Source: Callorhinchus milii
Taxonomy: Eukaryota
Assembly: GCF_018977255.1 (NCBI RefSeq)
Contig: NW_024704742.1
Coordinates: 127,350,001 to 127,414,000, forward strand
DNA length: 64,000 nucleotides
Direction of reading: 5' to 3'
Positions 26,740 through 38,179 of this stretch are shown one piece after another (position 1 is the first letter of the stretch; each line of letters starts with the position of its first letter). The position numbers were made by a program, and so were the translations under genes. Below the pieces are notes generated by a model. It ran no database searches. It worked only from the letters and a program-made list of their open reading frames with translations, and had not been told where the DNA came from.

Positions 26740-27150
26740 GGTGGCATAAATCCTTTCACATCGGGAGGACGTCTCAAAGCTCTTCACAGTATTTTACTGT
26801 AAAGTGTAGTGATTGTATAATTTGTAGACAAAGCTAGGCAGCCAAATTCCACACAGAAATATCTTACAAAAAGCCATGAAGTAACCAATTTTTATTTGAG
26901 AGATTCTTAACCAGGACACCAGGAAAAATCTCTTTTTGAAGAGTACCAGGGGATCTTTAACATCCACTTGGATAGGCAGACAATAACTGGTTTAATGTCT
27001 GATCTGAAGGATAGCACCTCCAACAATGCAGCACTTCCCCAGCACTGTATTGCGAAGCATCATCCTTGGTTGAGAATTCAAAGTCCTCAAGTAGGGCTTG
27101 AACCCACGACCTTCTGATTTAGAAGTGAATGATATCAACTGAGCCAATAT
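26740..27150 (-). mobile_element. Deu-domain-type SINE
   Basis: ggtttaatgtctgatctgaaggatagcacctccaacaatgcagcact...cttgaacccacgacc. Confidence 0.65.
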
Positions 27151-27472
27151 TAATACAATGTGAAGTGAGTTTCAGCATCTGTAGTTGACTCATTGAGATA
27201 ATTTTATTACTCCATTATTCAATAGATTTTGCGAGTTTGTATTGAGTTTTGAAAAATTCTGTTATTGTTTGGGAAAATTCTTTAAAATAAGTTTAGAAAA
27301 AAATCAAAGTGACTTTGAAGTCAATGTTCAAGTTTATCAGAAATTGTAAAAGCTGGTCTGCATTTAGAACATTAACATCTGGAAGTGTACTTCTGGTAAT
27401 TGCAGATTCATAGGACTATACGTGGATTTGTGAATTAGCAAGGTGTGTTGTACCAGATCATCTTGTAAATAC

Positions 27473-27595
27473 CTTTAGAGCTTGATCAGGAGTAACTGAA
27501 GGTTTGGTAATTAGTTCAAGTTCCACACATCTACGAAGTTGGGAGTCCTCTTCAAAGATTGCCTCCATGTTGAATACGATCCAAGAAAACCAGAC
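27473..27595 (-). CDS. EPG5: EPG5 exon 21 (123 nt)
   Basis: [22 protein letters not shown]...TPDQALK; phase 0-0. Confidence 0.94.
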
Positions 27596-28529
27596 CTATA
27601 AAGATTTTTTAAAAATTCAGATCAATTACATTTTATACTAAACATTGTGCTCTAGATGTGTAGGGTTTTGGACATAAAAAGGATCGTTGTTAAGGTGGAT
27701 GAAAGGAGGTAGTACTTAATATCCCTTAAGGGTCTTTATATTAGAAGTCCAACATTGTATGCATGTCACCAATGCTGACTGGCAACCACAAACACTGAAT
27801 ATAAACCATTATTCCATTCATGCTGGCTGTAAAAATGTGGTCAATGGGGTGCAACAGTAATAGTTGAATTGGTCAACACAATGTTGTTGTTTAATGTTGT
27901 AAAACCTAAGGATAAGGAAGACATTAAAATAACATGAAATGAATGAAACATGAGACTGTCTTTGTAGCTAATTGCTACATGTTTTGCTGACACAATGGCT
28001 GTTCAGTGCTTATGATGAATGATGAATTGAGTACTGGCTGCTTTTTCTTTCATTCTCATAATTCTAGTTGAGGAGAACGTTCCAGGCAGCATATTTCATC
28101 CATTCTTTCCATATATCCATACAAACTGATTTATTTGTTTCCTTGTGCCTCTCTTCTCCTGGTTCTGCTCTTACAATATGCATGCCAATCCCACCAATCT
28201 CACTCCCTCAAATCAGTCACTCCCTTTTACCAAATACATTTCAGTGGAAAAGTTGATTGTGATTGGCCTATTTGCTGTTTGGCATTCTGTGGCGGCCTAT
28301 TTGATGCTTTTATTCAATTACAATTACATGTAATGTATTTTATAGTGTAAAATTATATATAAAAAACCATGGTCTGAGACATGGTCCTGTACTCCTGTGC
28401 TATAAATTTCTATTTTACGATTTTACTCAGTAACTAAATTTTTATCTCACTCATCAGTTTTAGACAAGGGTCAATGGTAAACAAATGCTGCACAATTCTA
28501 ACTTAAACATACAATTTTCATAGATTTAC

Positions 28530-28640
28530 CTCATTGGAAGTGGCATTGCCTTCAATAAAAGAGGGAGTTATGTTACCAGCCAACATCCAACTCACAAGTG
28601 AAGACAGAAGTCCTCGATCACCATGGTATCCAAGGGCATT
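28530..28640 (-). CDS. EPG5: EPG5 exon 20 (111 nt)
   Basis: [27 protein letters not shown]; phase 0-0. Confidence 0.94.
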
Positions 28641-29042
28641 CTAAACATCAGCAAAGTAAATCAAATATTTATTTAAAAACAAGCGATAAAAAAAGATAAA
28701 CGTTTGACATAAAACACTGTTATAGAGCCTTATGGCTTCAAGCCTGATTGCTATAAGAAAGGAGATTCTCCTAGTGTCCTGGTCAATGATCTTTCAGATT
28801 AATTGGCATTTACCTTGTGGCTGTTTATGGGAATTTTGCTGTGTGAAAAATTGAACCTATTTAAAAGGAAACTTGATACGCATGTGAGGGAGAATGGAAT
28901 AGAGAGGTATGATAGGGTGGTTTATTCTTTAAGATTAGCAAAATTATTTAGAAAGCACTGGAGTAAAACTACCAGGACACTCTAGTTTCTGTGCCATAAT
29001 GTTCAATGTAACTCAATATAATACAAAATTTGCTTGTAAAAT

Positions 29043-29745
29043 CAACAACAACAACTTGGATTTATATAGCGCCCTCCACTCCGGACGGTGTCTCAGAGCG
29101 CTTCACAGTAATGGATCCTGGGACCGAGCCAGGGGGAGGGGGGGGAAGGTGACCAAAGGCGCGGTCGGAAAGAGAGGTCTTCAGCAGAGACCTGAAAATA
29201 GGAAGGCAGGGAGCGAGGCTATATTTATATTTGATAGCAATCACTGTGAAGTGCTTGGAGATGTTTTTATGTTATACACACAATAAAAAAATCATTCATA
29301 ATTCAAAAGTTCATTCATAACTTTACAACTTCAACAACAAGATTCCATTTATAGAGCGCCTTTCACGTTGGGAGGACGTCCCAAGGCGCTGTACAGTTGG
29401 GTCAGGACCCGAGCAGGGGGGAAATGGTCAGGGGGAGGGAAGGGAGGGAGCGAGGAGGGGGTAGAGAGTCGAGAGGGGAGCTGAAGGCACGGTCAAAGAG
29501 AAAGGTCTTGAGACCGGCCTTGAAGGAGGAAAGGGAGGAGGCAAGGCAAAGGCACTGGGGGATGGAGTTCCAGAGCCTAGGCGCTGAGAGGCTGAAGGCC
29601 CGGCCACCGATGGTAGGGCGGTTGGGGCGGGGGATGTGGAGCAGACCAGAGCCAGAGGAACGGAGGGTACGGGCAGGTAGGTAGGGGGATAGTAGGTCAG
29701 AGAGGTAGGAGGGAGCAAGGCCGTGAATGGCCTTGTAGGTGACTT
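29043..29745 (-). mobile_element. Two adjacent L2 3' fragments (about 29043-29220 and 29330-29745)
   Basis: Two (caa)n tails, each with the L2 hairpin. Confidence 0.8.
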
Positions 29746-30169
29746 TAGACTGTCAATGGAGCTAAGCCAACTGACTGATTAGAACTGACAGAAATCAGTC
29801 ATTTATTTTTAACAAACCTATACAGCTTTTTAAAAATATAAACAGAAACTAACATAGAGCTATGTTGAAATACCTTTGAAATGGCTAATATTTTCATTAC
29901 CTTTTATAAATGTAGACAAATATCCTGAATATTCAACAAAGTAGGCCTTTTCTAAATAATTTTGCTAATCTTATTGATTGAATAAAATCACACATACTTT
30001 TGATTTTTACGTGCATAGTTTGCACCTGAAAATATAAATTATAATAATAAGTCTTGCACTTGGTATTGCACCTTTCACAGATCATGAGGACAGTTCAAAG
30101 TGTTTCATAGGATTTATTATGAAGTGTAGTGACTGTGTATTTGTATGTGAATGTGTCAGTTCATTTCTG

Positions 30170-30487
30170 GTTTCCCGTAGCATAGTGATTAGAATATTCG
30201 TCTCCCAACCAAGAGGACCTGGGTTTGATTCCTGGGCAGGTAAAAACCTTAGGAAAGTTTCCTTACTCCGCAGCTGTTTAACTAACAATAGGTAATAACA
30301 GTAATAGTAATAATCCCTCCAAAACAACAATTTGATCACTCTATCCACAACTGTTTGTGGGACACTGCAATTGGCTGCTGCTTTTCGCCTACAAAATATA
30401 GTCGATTCACTTTAGAGTTTATTCTGTGAAGTGGTTTGAGACATCTCAACATTATAAGACGCTATATCACATGCAAGGGTTATTATT
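30170..30487 (+). mobile_element. tRNA-headed SINE, diverged head
   Basis: A/B-box-like head, body and tail shared with the family. Confidence 0.7.
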
Positions 30488-30621
30488 CACTTGCGCACAT
30501 CAGTGTCCCACAAACAGCCATAAAGTGAATGCCCATTGTATCTGGTGAATTGTTGGCTAGAACACTGGGAGAAACACCCTTCCTTCTCTTTTCGAGTGGT
30601 GCCAATTTTATATACGATTAC

Positions 30622-30819
30622 CTTGTGTTGTTGGTAAAGAGGCTTTTGCAAACAGTCTTCTTGATGATATAGAAATGCAATTTTACACAGATTATCCAAC
30701 AGAAACAGAACTGTTTTGTCTCTGTGCCACAAGTGTTGATTCATCAAAACCTGAATCCAGAAATCCAGAACAGCGGTTACTCCCACTCCACCAGGTTTGT
30801 TGCTTTCTGATACATGAAC
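30622..30819 (-). CDS. EPG5: EPG5 exon 19 (198 nt)
   Basis: [16 protein letters not shown]...LYQQHK; phase 0-0. Confidence 0.94.
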
Positions 30820-31410
30820 CTGCAAAATATGAATTTCAGTTTGTTATAATAATACAAGATGAACTAAACTCCTTTACTTGGAAACTTAATTCAGGATATC
30901 AAACTTTTTTAAAAAAAAGCAATAGCAATATTAGAATGTTTATGTCACTCCATGTAAGTTATATTCTATCATCCTTCTGAGGAGATTTACCATATATACA
31001 TTCTTTAAACAGATTTTACTTAGTAAATTATCAGTTAGAAAATTTAATGAATGACCAAATGGACTTCCAGTTCTGTCATATTTTAGCATTAATCAGGAGC
31101 TGTCATTCCACCTTCTTGCCAAAGAGAATTATCCAAATGCAACTGAGTATAGATGTAATAATGGTATTATGCTAGAAAGAAAGAACTGTCACATCTACTT
31201 CATTATTAATGTTGCCATGAAGATTCTGGTTTCTTCCTTTATGCGGAACACATTCTTTTTTCTCAACAGCTATAACACAAAGTCCAAATTGATACAAATA
31301 GATATTTATATTATTCCTGTGGGGTTTTCAACCAGGAATTAATGCCACTATCTTCTTCAAGAACACTGTTCCTGTGCATTAATTTACCTCCTACTATTCC
31401 TTTTCCATAC

Positions 31411-31555
31411 CTGGATCATGCTGCTTAAAAACTTCACATTTTCTCCATAGCTGACCCCAATCAAATGTTGCGCTACTTTCTGAGTGACTTGCTGTGTCAC
31501 TCCTTGAGGCACACCACTGTCGGTCTGAAGAAAAAGCTGCATGTAGGCTAAAAAT
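31411..31555 (-). CDS. EPG5: EPG5 exon 18 (145 nt)
   Basis: [20 protein letters not shown]; phase 2-0. Confidence 0.94.
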
Positions 31556-32086
31556 CTAGTGGTAAGGAAGAAAGAAAAATGTTTTGTAAATTTTATAATG
31601 AATTTAACCTAGGCTGCTTAGCACAATGCAGCAATATATTGAAAGCAATTTCTCATGGCTATTTGTAGGATATTGCTAAGTGCAAATTGGCTACCATGTT
31701 TACCGACAACTACGCAGTCACCACACTACATAGTGAAAATCGCGTGAAGTGGGCTTGTTCAGGGCTTTGTTTTGGCCTTGAATTCCCCAACTTCAACCGA
31801 ACTAGCTCACTCCTTCAAAATCATGGCTCATATCTGAATTCTTATTTATCCAACTCTGCACAAATGGTTCTGAGGATTCTGAGTTAGCAGCAGCTATCTT
31901 AGGCCTAGAAAAACTATTCTCCTCTGCATCTATTTTGTCCAGAGTGGATATAAGAATTCTACTCTATTCTATATACTACTGTAACAATTTTGGATTGAAA
32001 GATCATTGCAGTCAAGATTCCAAACACGGACGATTTTTATTTTGTGCTACTTTATTTTAAATTGAGCAAGTGAATTTCTACTTAAC

Positions 32087-32227
32087 TGTTCATTTTTCAG
32101 AAGATAATACTGGCAAGGATAAAAGAGTGGTAAGACCTTATCCAGCACATGAACCACTGCTTTAAGATGTTTTGACTGTACCAGTATGCCCAGCAGATGT
32201 ATGCCTTCAGAGCAGAACTTGTCAATG
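32087..32227 (-). CDS. EPG5: EPG5 exon 17 (141 nt)
   Basis: IDKFCSEGI...[14 protein letters not shown]; donor gttaag; phase 2-2. Confidence 0.93.
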
Positions 32228-32959
32228 CTAAAAAGACAGAAGAAAGTGAGATATCAGGTTTCTAATTACACTTACTTTATAGTAACTTCTTCTGAAAGAG
32301 ATTTTGTGAATTGTGATGTTAAGAACAAGTTTCCTATTTTTGGTTTCTAGACACTCCATGGCCATGTCCTACAAAATTTCTTTTACAATTTTTCTTTCAA
32401 AATTCAAGTCTGTTTGTGCATTTTGCTGGGGTAGATGGATGTTGTGTTTGCCTACAAACTACCTAATGATGGCTACAAGCGCTTTACAAAGATGGAGTTG
32501 GATTCTGAGCATGACTGCATTTAGTTGTGTGAATTGCTTTGCAATGTTTCTATATAAGGAGCTACATCAAACACAAGCAGTGTTTATTTACAACTTGCCA
32601 GCAGCTGGGTTATTGATTTTAAATGTTGACTTTTCTTTGTTACATAGTAACTACAGTGCAGTCTGTTATAAAGTGTCTGGAAGTCAAACATTTTTTCTTT
32701 AACACAGTAAGTGGCTGGTGCTTAGGAAGTGAATTGGCCAGGCGTATGCATGAAGAGTCAAACCCGCTATCGCGTCTCACTAAAATCCTAGTTAAGAATT
32801 GAAGGAAGAGAAGAGAGGTCACTAAAACTTTTTAAAAGGACTATGTCTGATTGCCCAAGGTGGATAAACCAATAACTAAAAGTAAGCAATGGTTTGTCTT
32901 TTAAGAAAGGATACTGAAATATACTAATACGAATGAACATCTTCTATGGGTTATCTTAC

Positions 32960-33219
32960 CTGTGACCTATTGATGTTATTGACAGAGCAAGGTAACAACC
33001 AATAGGAATACCAGCTTTTACAGCTTTGAAGAGAGGATGAAGGGTAGGTGATTCAGTCAGGTCGGGTGCAACCAGAGAGGCGTTGATAGGTGTCCATCCC
33101 TCCTGGGTGTATGAATGATTCTTGTGAAGCTTTAACCTGACAACCAGTTCCCATGCCCAATGATTAAATGAGGCCTCAGGAGTCTGACCAAGACGAACAA
33201 CATTGGCCAAGTAGGACAC
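32960..33219 (-). CDS. EPG5: EPG5 exon 16 (260 nt)
   Basis: VSYLANVVR...[15 protein letters not shown]; phase 0-2. Confidence 0.95.
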
Positions 33220-34310
33220 CTAAAGTTCATCAAAATTAAAACGGGTTGATATCGTCTGATCTTACCAGTAACTATAGGAGATAAACAATCAAAAACTCTC
33301 AGCAAAAATAGTTGAATTAATAAAAATAAAACATATATATGTAAGGTCATAGTCACAGGTCAGCCCAATGGTACAATGGATAACATTGCAGTTTACAGAC
33401 CCGGTGCCCACTGGTCCAATGGTTTGCTGGTCTCAACCAGGGCTGTACGGGGAAGCTGAAATGGGCCCAATCGTCCCAGGGTTAGGAAGGGGGAAAATAA
33501 CCAGGTTCCTGGTCCCTTTCCAGGATGCTTACATTCGGTAACCAGGTGGAGAAGATCAGGTTTGGCTGTGATGTTCTCTTCCTTCAATTGGCCTGCCAAT
33601 AACAACCGACAAACTTAACACAAGTGGCATAATTAGCAGAATTCCTGCTAGCAAATCACTTCTAATCTTGGAGGTGATTTTCCTCACATGAATGAGCTTG
33701 TGCAATGAGAACATTGTTCACCTTTGTAATCATTCTAAGAATGATTGAGCAGAGATGTTAAACCAAGGACCCGTCTCTGTGTTAGGGTAAATATTAAAGA
33801 CGCTATAGCATTAACTTGAAGGAAAAAAAAGGCATTGTTCTGATATCTTGACAACATTCTTGCCACATCCAGATTCATGTAAAGCTACCAATGTTAATGC
33901 TACTTATGAAATGTCGCTGGTGTGGATTAACTGCCATGGTGACCTACATAACAGTCACTAAACTTCAATGTGAATCATTGTGCGAAATATTTTGAGTCAT
34001 TTTGTTGTGATAACACTATCAAATGCAAGTTTTAATTTTATCTTTTGGACATTTTCCTTTTGCATAATAGCATTGCAGTAGTTCAGTTCGTTGAGCACTG
34101 GACTTAGAATTGGAAGAATCTATGTCTGAATTCCAATGGATATCAGTGGAGATATAAACATGCCTCAAGTTTGTAATCTAAAACCCTAATAATTAGCTCT
34201 ATTCTAGCTGGACAACTATGGTACTAAACATGTACCATTCTCTTTACATGTCCTATAAAATTAGCTTACTTTTTGCCTACAAGAAGCTAAATTATGAAGC
34301 TTAGGCTTGG

Positions 34311-34735
34311 ATAATAATAATAATAATCCTTGCATTTGATATAGCTTTTCACGTCGGGAGGACGTCCCAAAGCGCTTCACAGAACAAACTGTAAAGTGAA
34401 TTGACTATATATTTGTGGGCGAACGCGGCAGCCAATTGCGCACAGCAATGTCCCACAAACAGTCATAGATTGAAAATGACCAATTTATTACTAGATTCAA
34501 TAGATAGATTCAATAGAAATCAATAAACAACTTAAAATAATAAAAATAATCCTTACATATATTTCACATCAGGAGGACATCTTAAAACACTTTATGCAGT
34601 TAATACTAATAATCCTCGCATTGATATAGCGCCTTGTCATGTTGTCGAGACGTCTCAAAGCGCTTCACAGGATACACTGTAAGGTGTAGTGACTGTGTTT
34701 ATGGATGAAACGTGACAGCCAATTGCACAAGCACT
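34311..34735 (-). mobile_element. Cluster of 5'-truncated SINE tails
   Basis: Repeated taatcct(t/c)gcatttgatatag...aagcgcttcacag. Confidence 0.8.
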
Positions 34736-35301
34736 TCAGAGAATATATTATATTACATAATATTACAATTATATTACATATTTTTTAGAATGTCAGAAAG
34801 AGTAAAATTAAGAAAAACAAATTAAAATATGATTACAGCCTTAGAAATAGCATGTAGTGGGGTTAAAGATGAGTAAGGTGGATGAGAAACCTAACGATAT
34901 GTGCTTGTCACCAACTTGTGTCTGAAACACACGCTCTTACTGGGTAACAGTTAACGTGATTTGTGGCTGATTATTATACTTGTCAATTTTTCTCTCTTTT
35001 GTGTCTTCCAAATGAAAAAATGATTGTCGAAATTTTTTTAACAATACAAAAAAAAAAAATCAGGAAAAATAAAAATCGATTTCAACATCACTAACTTCTT
35101 TTTGACAATCAGAATAGTTAAATGAGAAGATATGACATTCTATCTCTTACAGAAATATCTAATTTGAGGTATTTTGTGTCTGAATACTGCAGTTTGGTGA
35201 ATATCCTGTAAAAAGGGAAAGGTGGAAAGATTAAATAGTTAAACTAAACTAAAAATCAGAATCTAGAAATTTACCCAACAGCCTGGTTGTTACAATTTTA
35301 C

Positions 35302-35424
35302 CTGTTTTATGCTTTCCGAGATGAATCCACTGTATGGTTTGTCAGTGAGATAGTTTTGATATGCTTCTAGAACCATCAACGCTACTTCAGTGTGAAGAGC
35401 AGGGTCGAGGGCAAGTGCTGATTG
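35302..35424 (-). CDS. EPG5: EPG5 exon 15 (123 nt)
   Basis: [11 protein letters not shown]...SESIKQ; phase 0-0. Confidence 0.9.
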
Positions 35425-35927
35425 CTAAAAGATAAAAAAAATGAACAAATATGTTACATAAGAGAAAACCCATGTTGTTGTTTGTGGCAGATAGATGGTA
35501 CAGGTTAGTTACATTGTTTGCATAAATAATATACTTCAATACCTAAGTAATCCATTATGGGATGTGATTTTCGTCATTTTGAAGTGACATATAAAATATA
35601 AATTTTAATTTTACGATTTCATCATTTTTCCTTTATAATAATATTGCATCTGTGCAGTCTCTCCTCATTTTCAAAATTCCTAATTTTTACTAATTTCTGC
35701 TTATCTCCTAATTTTCAAGTAAATTCAAATTAGTTTTAGTTTAATCAAGGGTTTTTAAAATAAAGCCCTTTCACTATCAGATACAGTGTCTCTCTCTGTT
35801 ATGTAACAATTTATGTTACTGTATTAGTTTTAGCGAAACAGAAATTTTTAATTTTCATTTCAGGCTTCCTACTCAGTTTTTGATATATCGCCCATGTTTA
35901 CCCACATGAGATTTCCCACTAACACAC

Positions 35928-36092
35928 CTGCTCATCAAGGCCCCAGTTCAAGCCTTCAAGTATGATACAAGCCAGTTTGTTCTCCACAGTGGATAAATTG
36001 TAGTTCAGAAGCCATTCACGAATCACACCCATTTCAGCTGAGTTACTTCTCCAAATATGCAGAGGAAGTTCTTTAAACAGGTACAGAGAAAC
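35928..36092 (-). CDS. EPG5: EPG5 exon 14 (165 nt)
   Basis: [11 protein letters not shown]...ILEGLNWG; phase 0-0. Confidence 0.94.
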
Positions 36093-36799
36093 CTACAATA
36101 AACAGAAGTTATATTTACAGGTTGATATTGCAGAACGTGATAATTACTGTATCACCATGTACTATCACCAACAATAATTATCACAAGGACAGAATTTGCA
36201 ATTATTTGGGGTTTAACACTAAACACTACTTGAGGCAGAACACCCATTTGATTTTAAGAGCACGGTTTCTTCTCTCGATCTTTCATTTTTTAATGCAGCA
36301 AAATTGTAGTTTGAAATTTTAGCATCTAGAAGAGTTTTAACTTTTTTAATAAGTTACAGCCATTATATGGTGAAGAAGTATGAAACCTACACTGTCTCCA
36401 GCCCTGAAACAAACTTTTCCCGATTATGCCAAGGCAATTTATGGTTGGTGCTCAGTGCTTTGTGGAGTTGTATTCCAGTCGAACGAGTAAAGCACTTTTG
36501 GGAGACTAGGAAGGAGTGAAGTTGGTCAATTACAAAAAAAGACTATCTAGGCAAGGTTTCTAGCATCTGTGGAACAATATATAGCAAGATTAAAAATCTG
36601 TAGCAGAAGCGGAGGAGGAGAACATTGGAAAAAGTCATGACTAATAACTGTCTTCAAACAGTCTAGGTTATTTGCATACAATTAGTAATGACATTTAGGG
36701 AATATAAATAAAAACGTTAGGGGTTCACACATATCAAAATAGGGGATTCCAAACAATCACTCTGTTTAGGCTTGATCTGACCTGGCCGGAAAAACACGG

Positions 36800-37377
36800 C
36801 ACACGGCACCATTTTAAGGGTGACCTGCAACCATCACAACAAATTTTCTGTACGTGTCTACATACAAAGGGTGGTTTGTATTATTGGCCAAAAATCCGAA
36901 GAACCTTCTGGCATTGTTTCTTATTGCGTGATGTCATCTCAATTTTACAATTAAAAATTGCTCCTGTATGGGCTGTCACTGAAGCTGTTTAATAGACTAA
37001 TCAAAGACTGGCAGGCAACAAGAGCAGGTATTGTATTTCTACACCGGAAATTGAATACACTCTGTATTATATTATGAAACAATTGTAATATATTCTTTGA
37101 CAGCACATCAAATAAAAACGGTTTAGCATTTGACAATCATGTTTGAGGCAAAAATAATTGCGTCTAAAATGGTTTATATCCTGAAAACTTTCCAGCTTCA
37201 TTAAATATGATATCAATGAAAGAAACTGAGTCCATACAAATTATTGAATTTTTTTTTAGCAGGCATCAGTATGCCTAAAAATTGATTTGCCAAAAATATA
37301 AACCATCCTTTGTATGTCGGCACATACAGAAAATGTATTGTTCTGGTTGCAGATTACCCTTAAAGTGGTGCCGTGTG
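36800..37377. mobile_element. Non-autonomous DNA transposon with about 95-bp TIRs (Kolobok-like TTAA-GG ends)
   Basis: 36800-36896 is reverse-complementary to 37284-37377; TTAA at 36814-36817 and 37360-37363. Confidence 0.75.
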
Positions 37378-37574
37378 ACCATTACCATCTCTCTTTCTTC
37401 CTGCCTGTGTGTGTCTGTATATATCTCTCTCTCTGTCTGTATGTCTTGGAAGTTAGATAATCAGCACCCTTTATAAATGTCATCTGATCATGTACACACT
37501 TTTTATCCAGATTTAAAGCTTTGTAGCTTGGAGCTAATATTAAAACTCTAAAAATAATTCACAAAGACTCACAC

Positions 37575-38170
37575 CCAATGCAGCCGAAACCTGCATCCAA
37601 TCTTACATCACCTCCTGTCTTAATTTTTCAAATGCCCTCCTCGATGGTCTCCCCAACGCCACTATCCACAAAATCCAACTAATTCAAAACTATGCCTGTG
37701 TACTCACCCGCACTAAACTCCGTACCCCCATCACACCAGTCCTTGCCAGATTCCACTTCACAGAATGGATTAACTTCAAGATCCTCACATTCGTCTACAA
37801 ATTGCTTCATGCCCTGACACCTCCTTACCCCTCCGACCTGCTTACTCCCCACTCCACCACCCGTTGCCTGCGCTCGGCTGGCTCCGGCCTCTTGCATGTC
37901 CTTCATCCCCTCTGCTCCACCATTGGCAGCTGTGCTTTCAGCCACTACGCCCTGAAACTTTGGAACTCTCCCTCAATCCCTTCGCCTTGCCCTATTCAGT
38001 GACTCTGCTGCTACACCAGTTTATATCAGTGAATAGAACAGAACCTTCCTCTTGGACCGTGCCTACAGTCCCCTCCGCCTTGGCGTCAGGTTCCACCACT
38101 GTTAAGCGCTCAGAGACACTACCCTGTGTGAAGAGTGCTATATAAATGCAATTTCTTGCTTTTATTGTTA
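37575..38170 (+). mobile_element. L2 LINE 3' fragment
   Basis: Similar to reverse complement of 61756-62340; L2 tail. Confidence 0.8.
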
Positions 38171-38179
38171 TTGACATAG

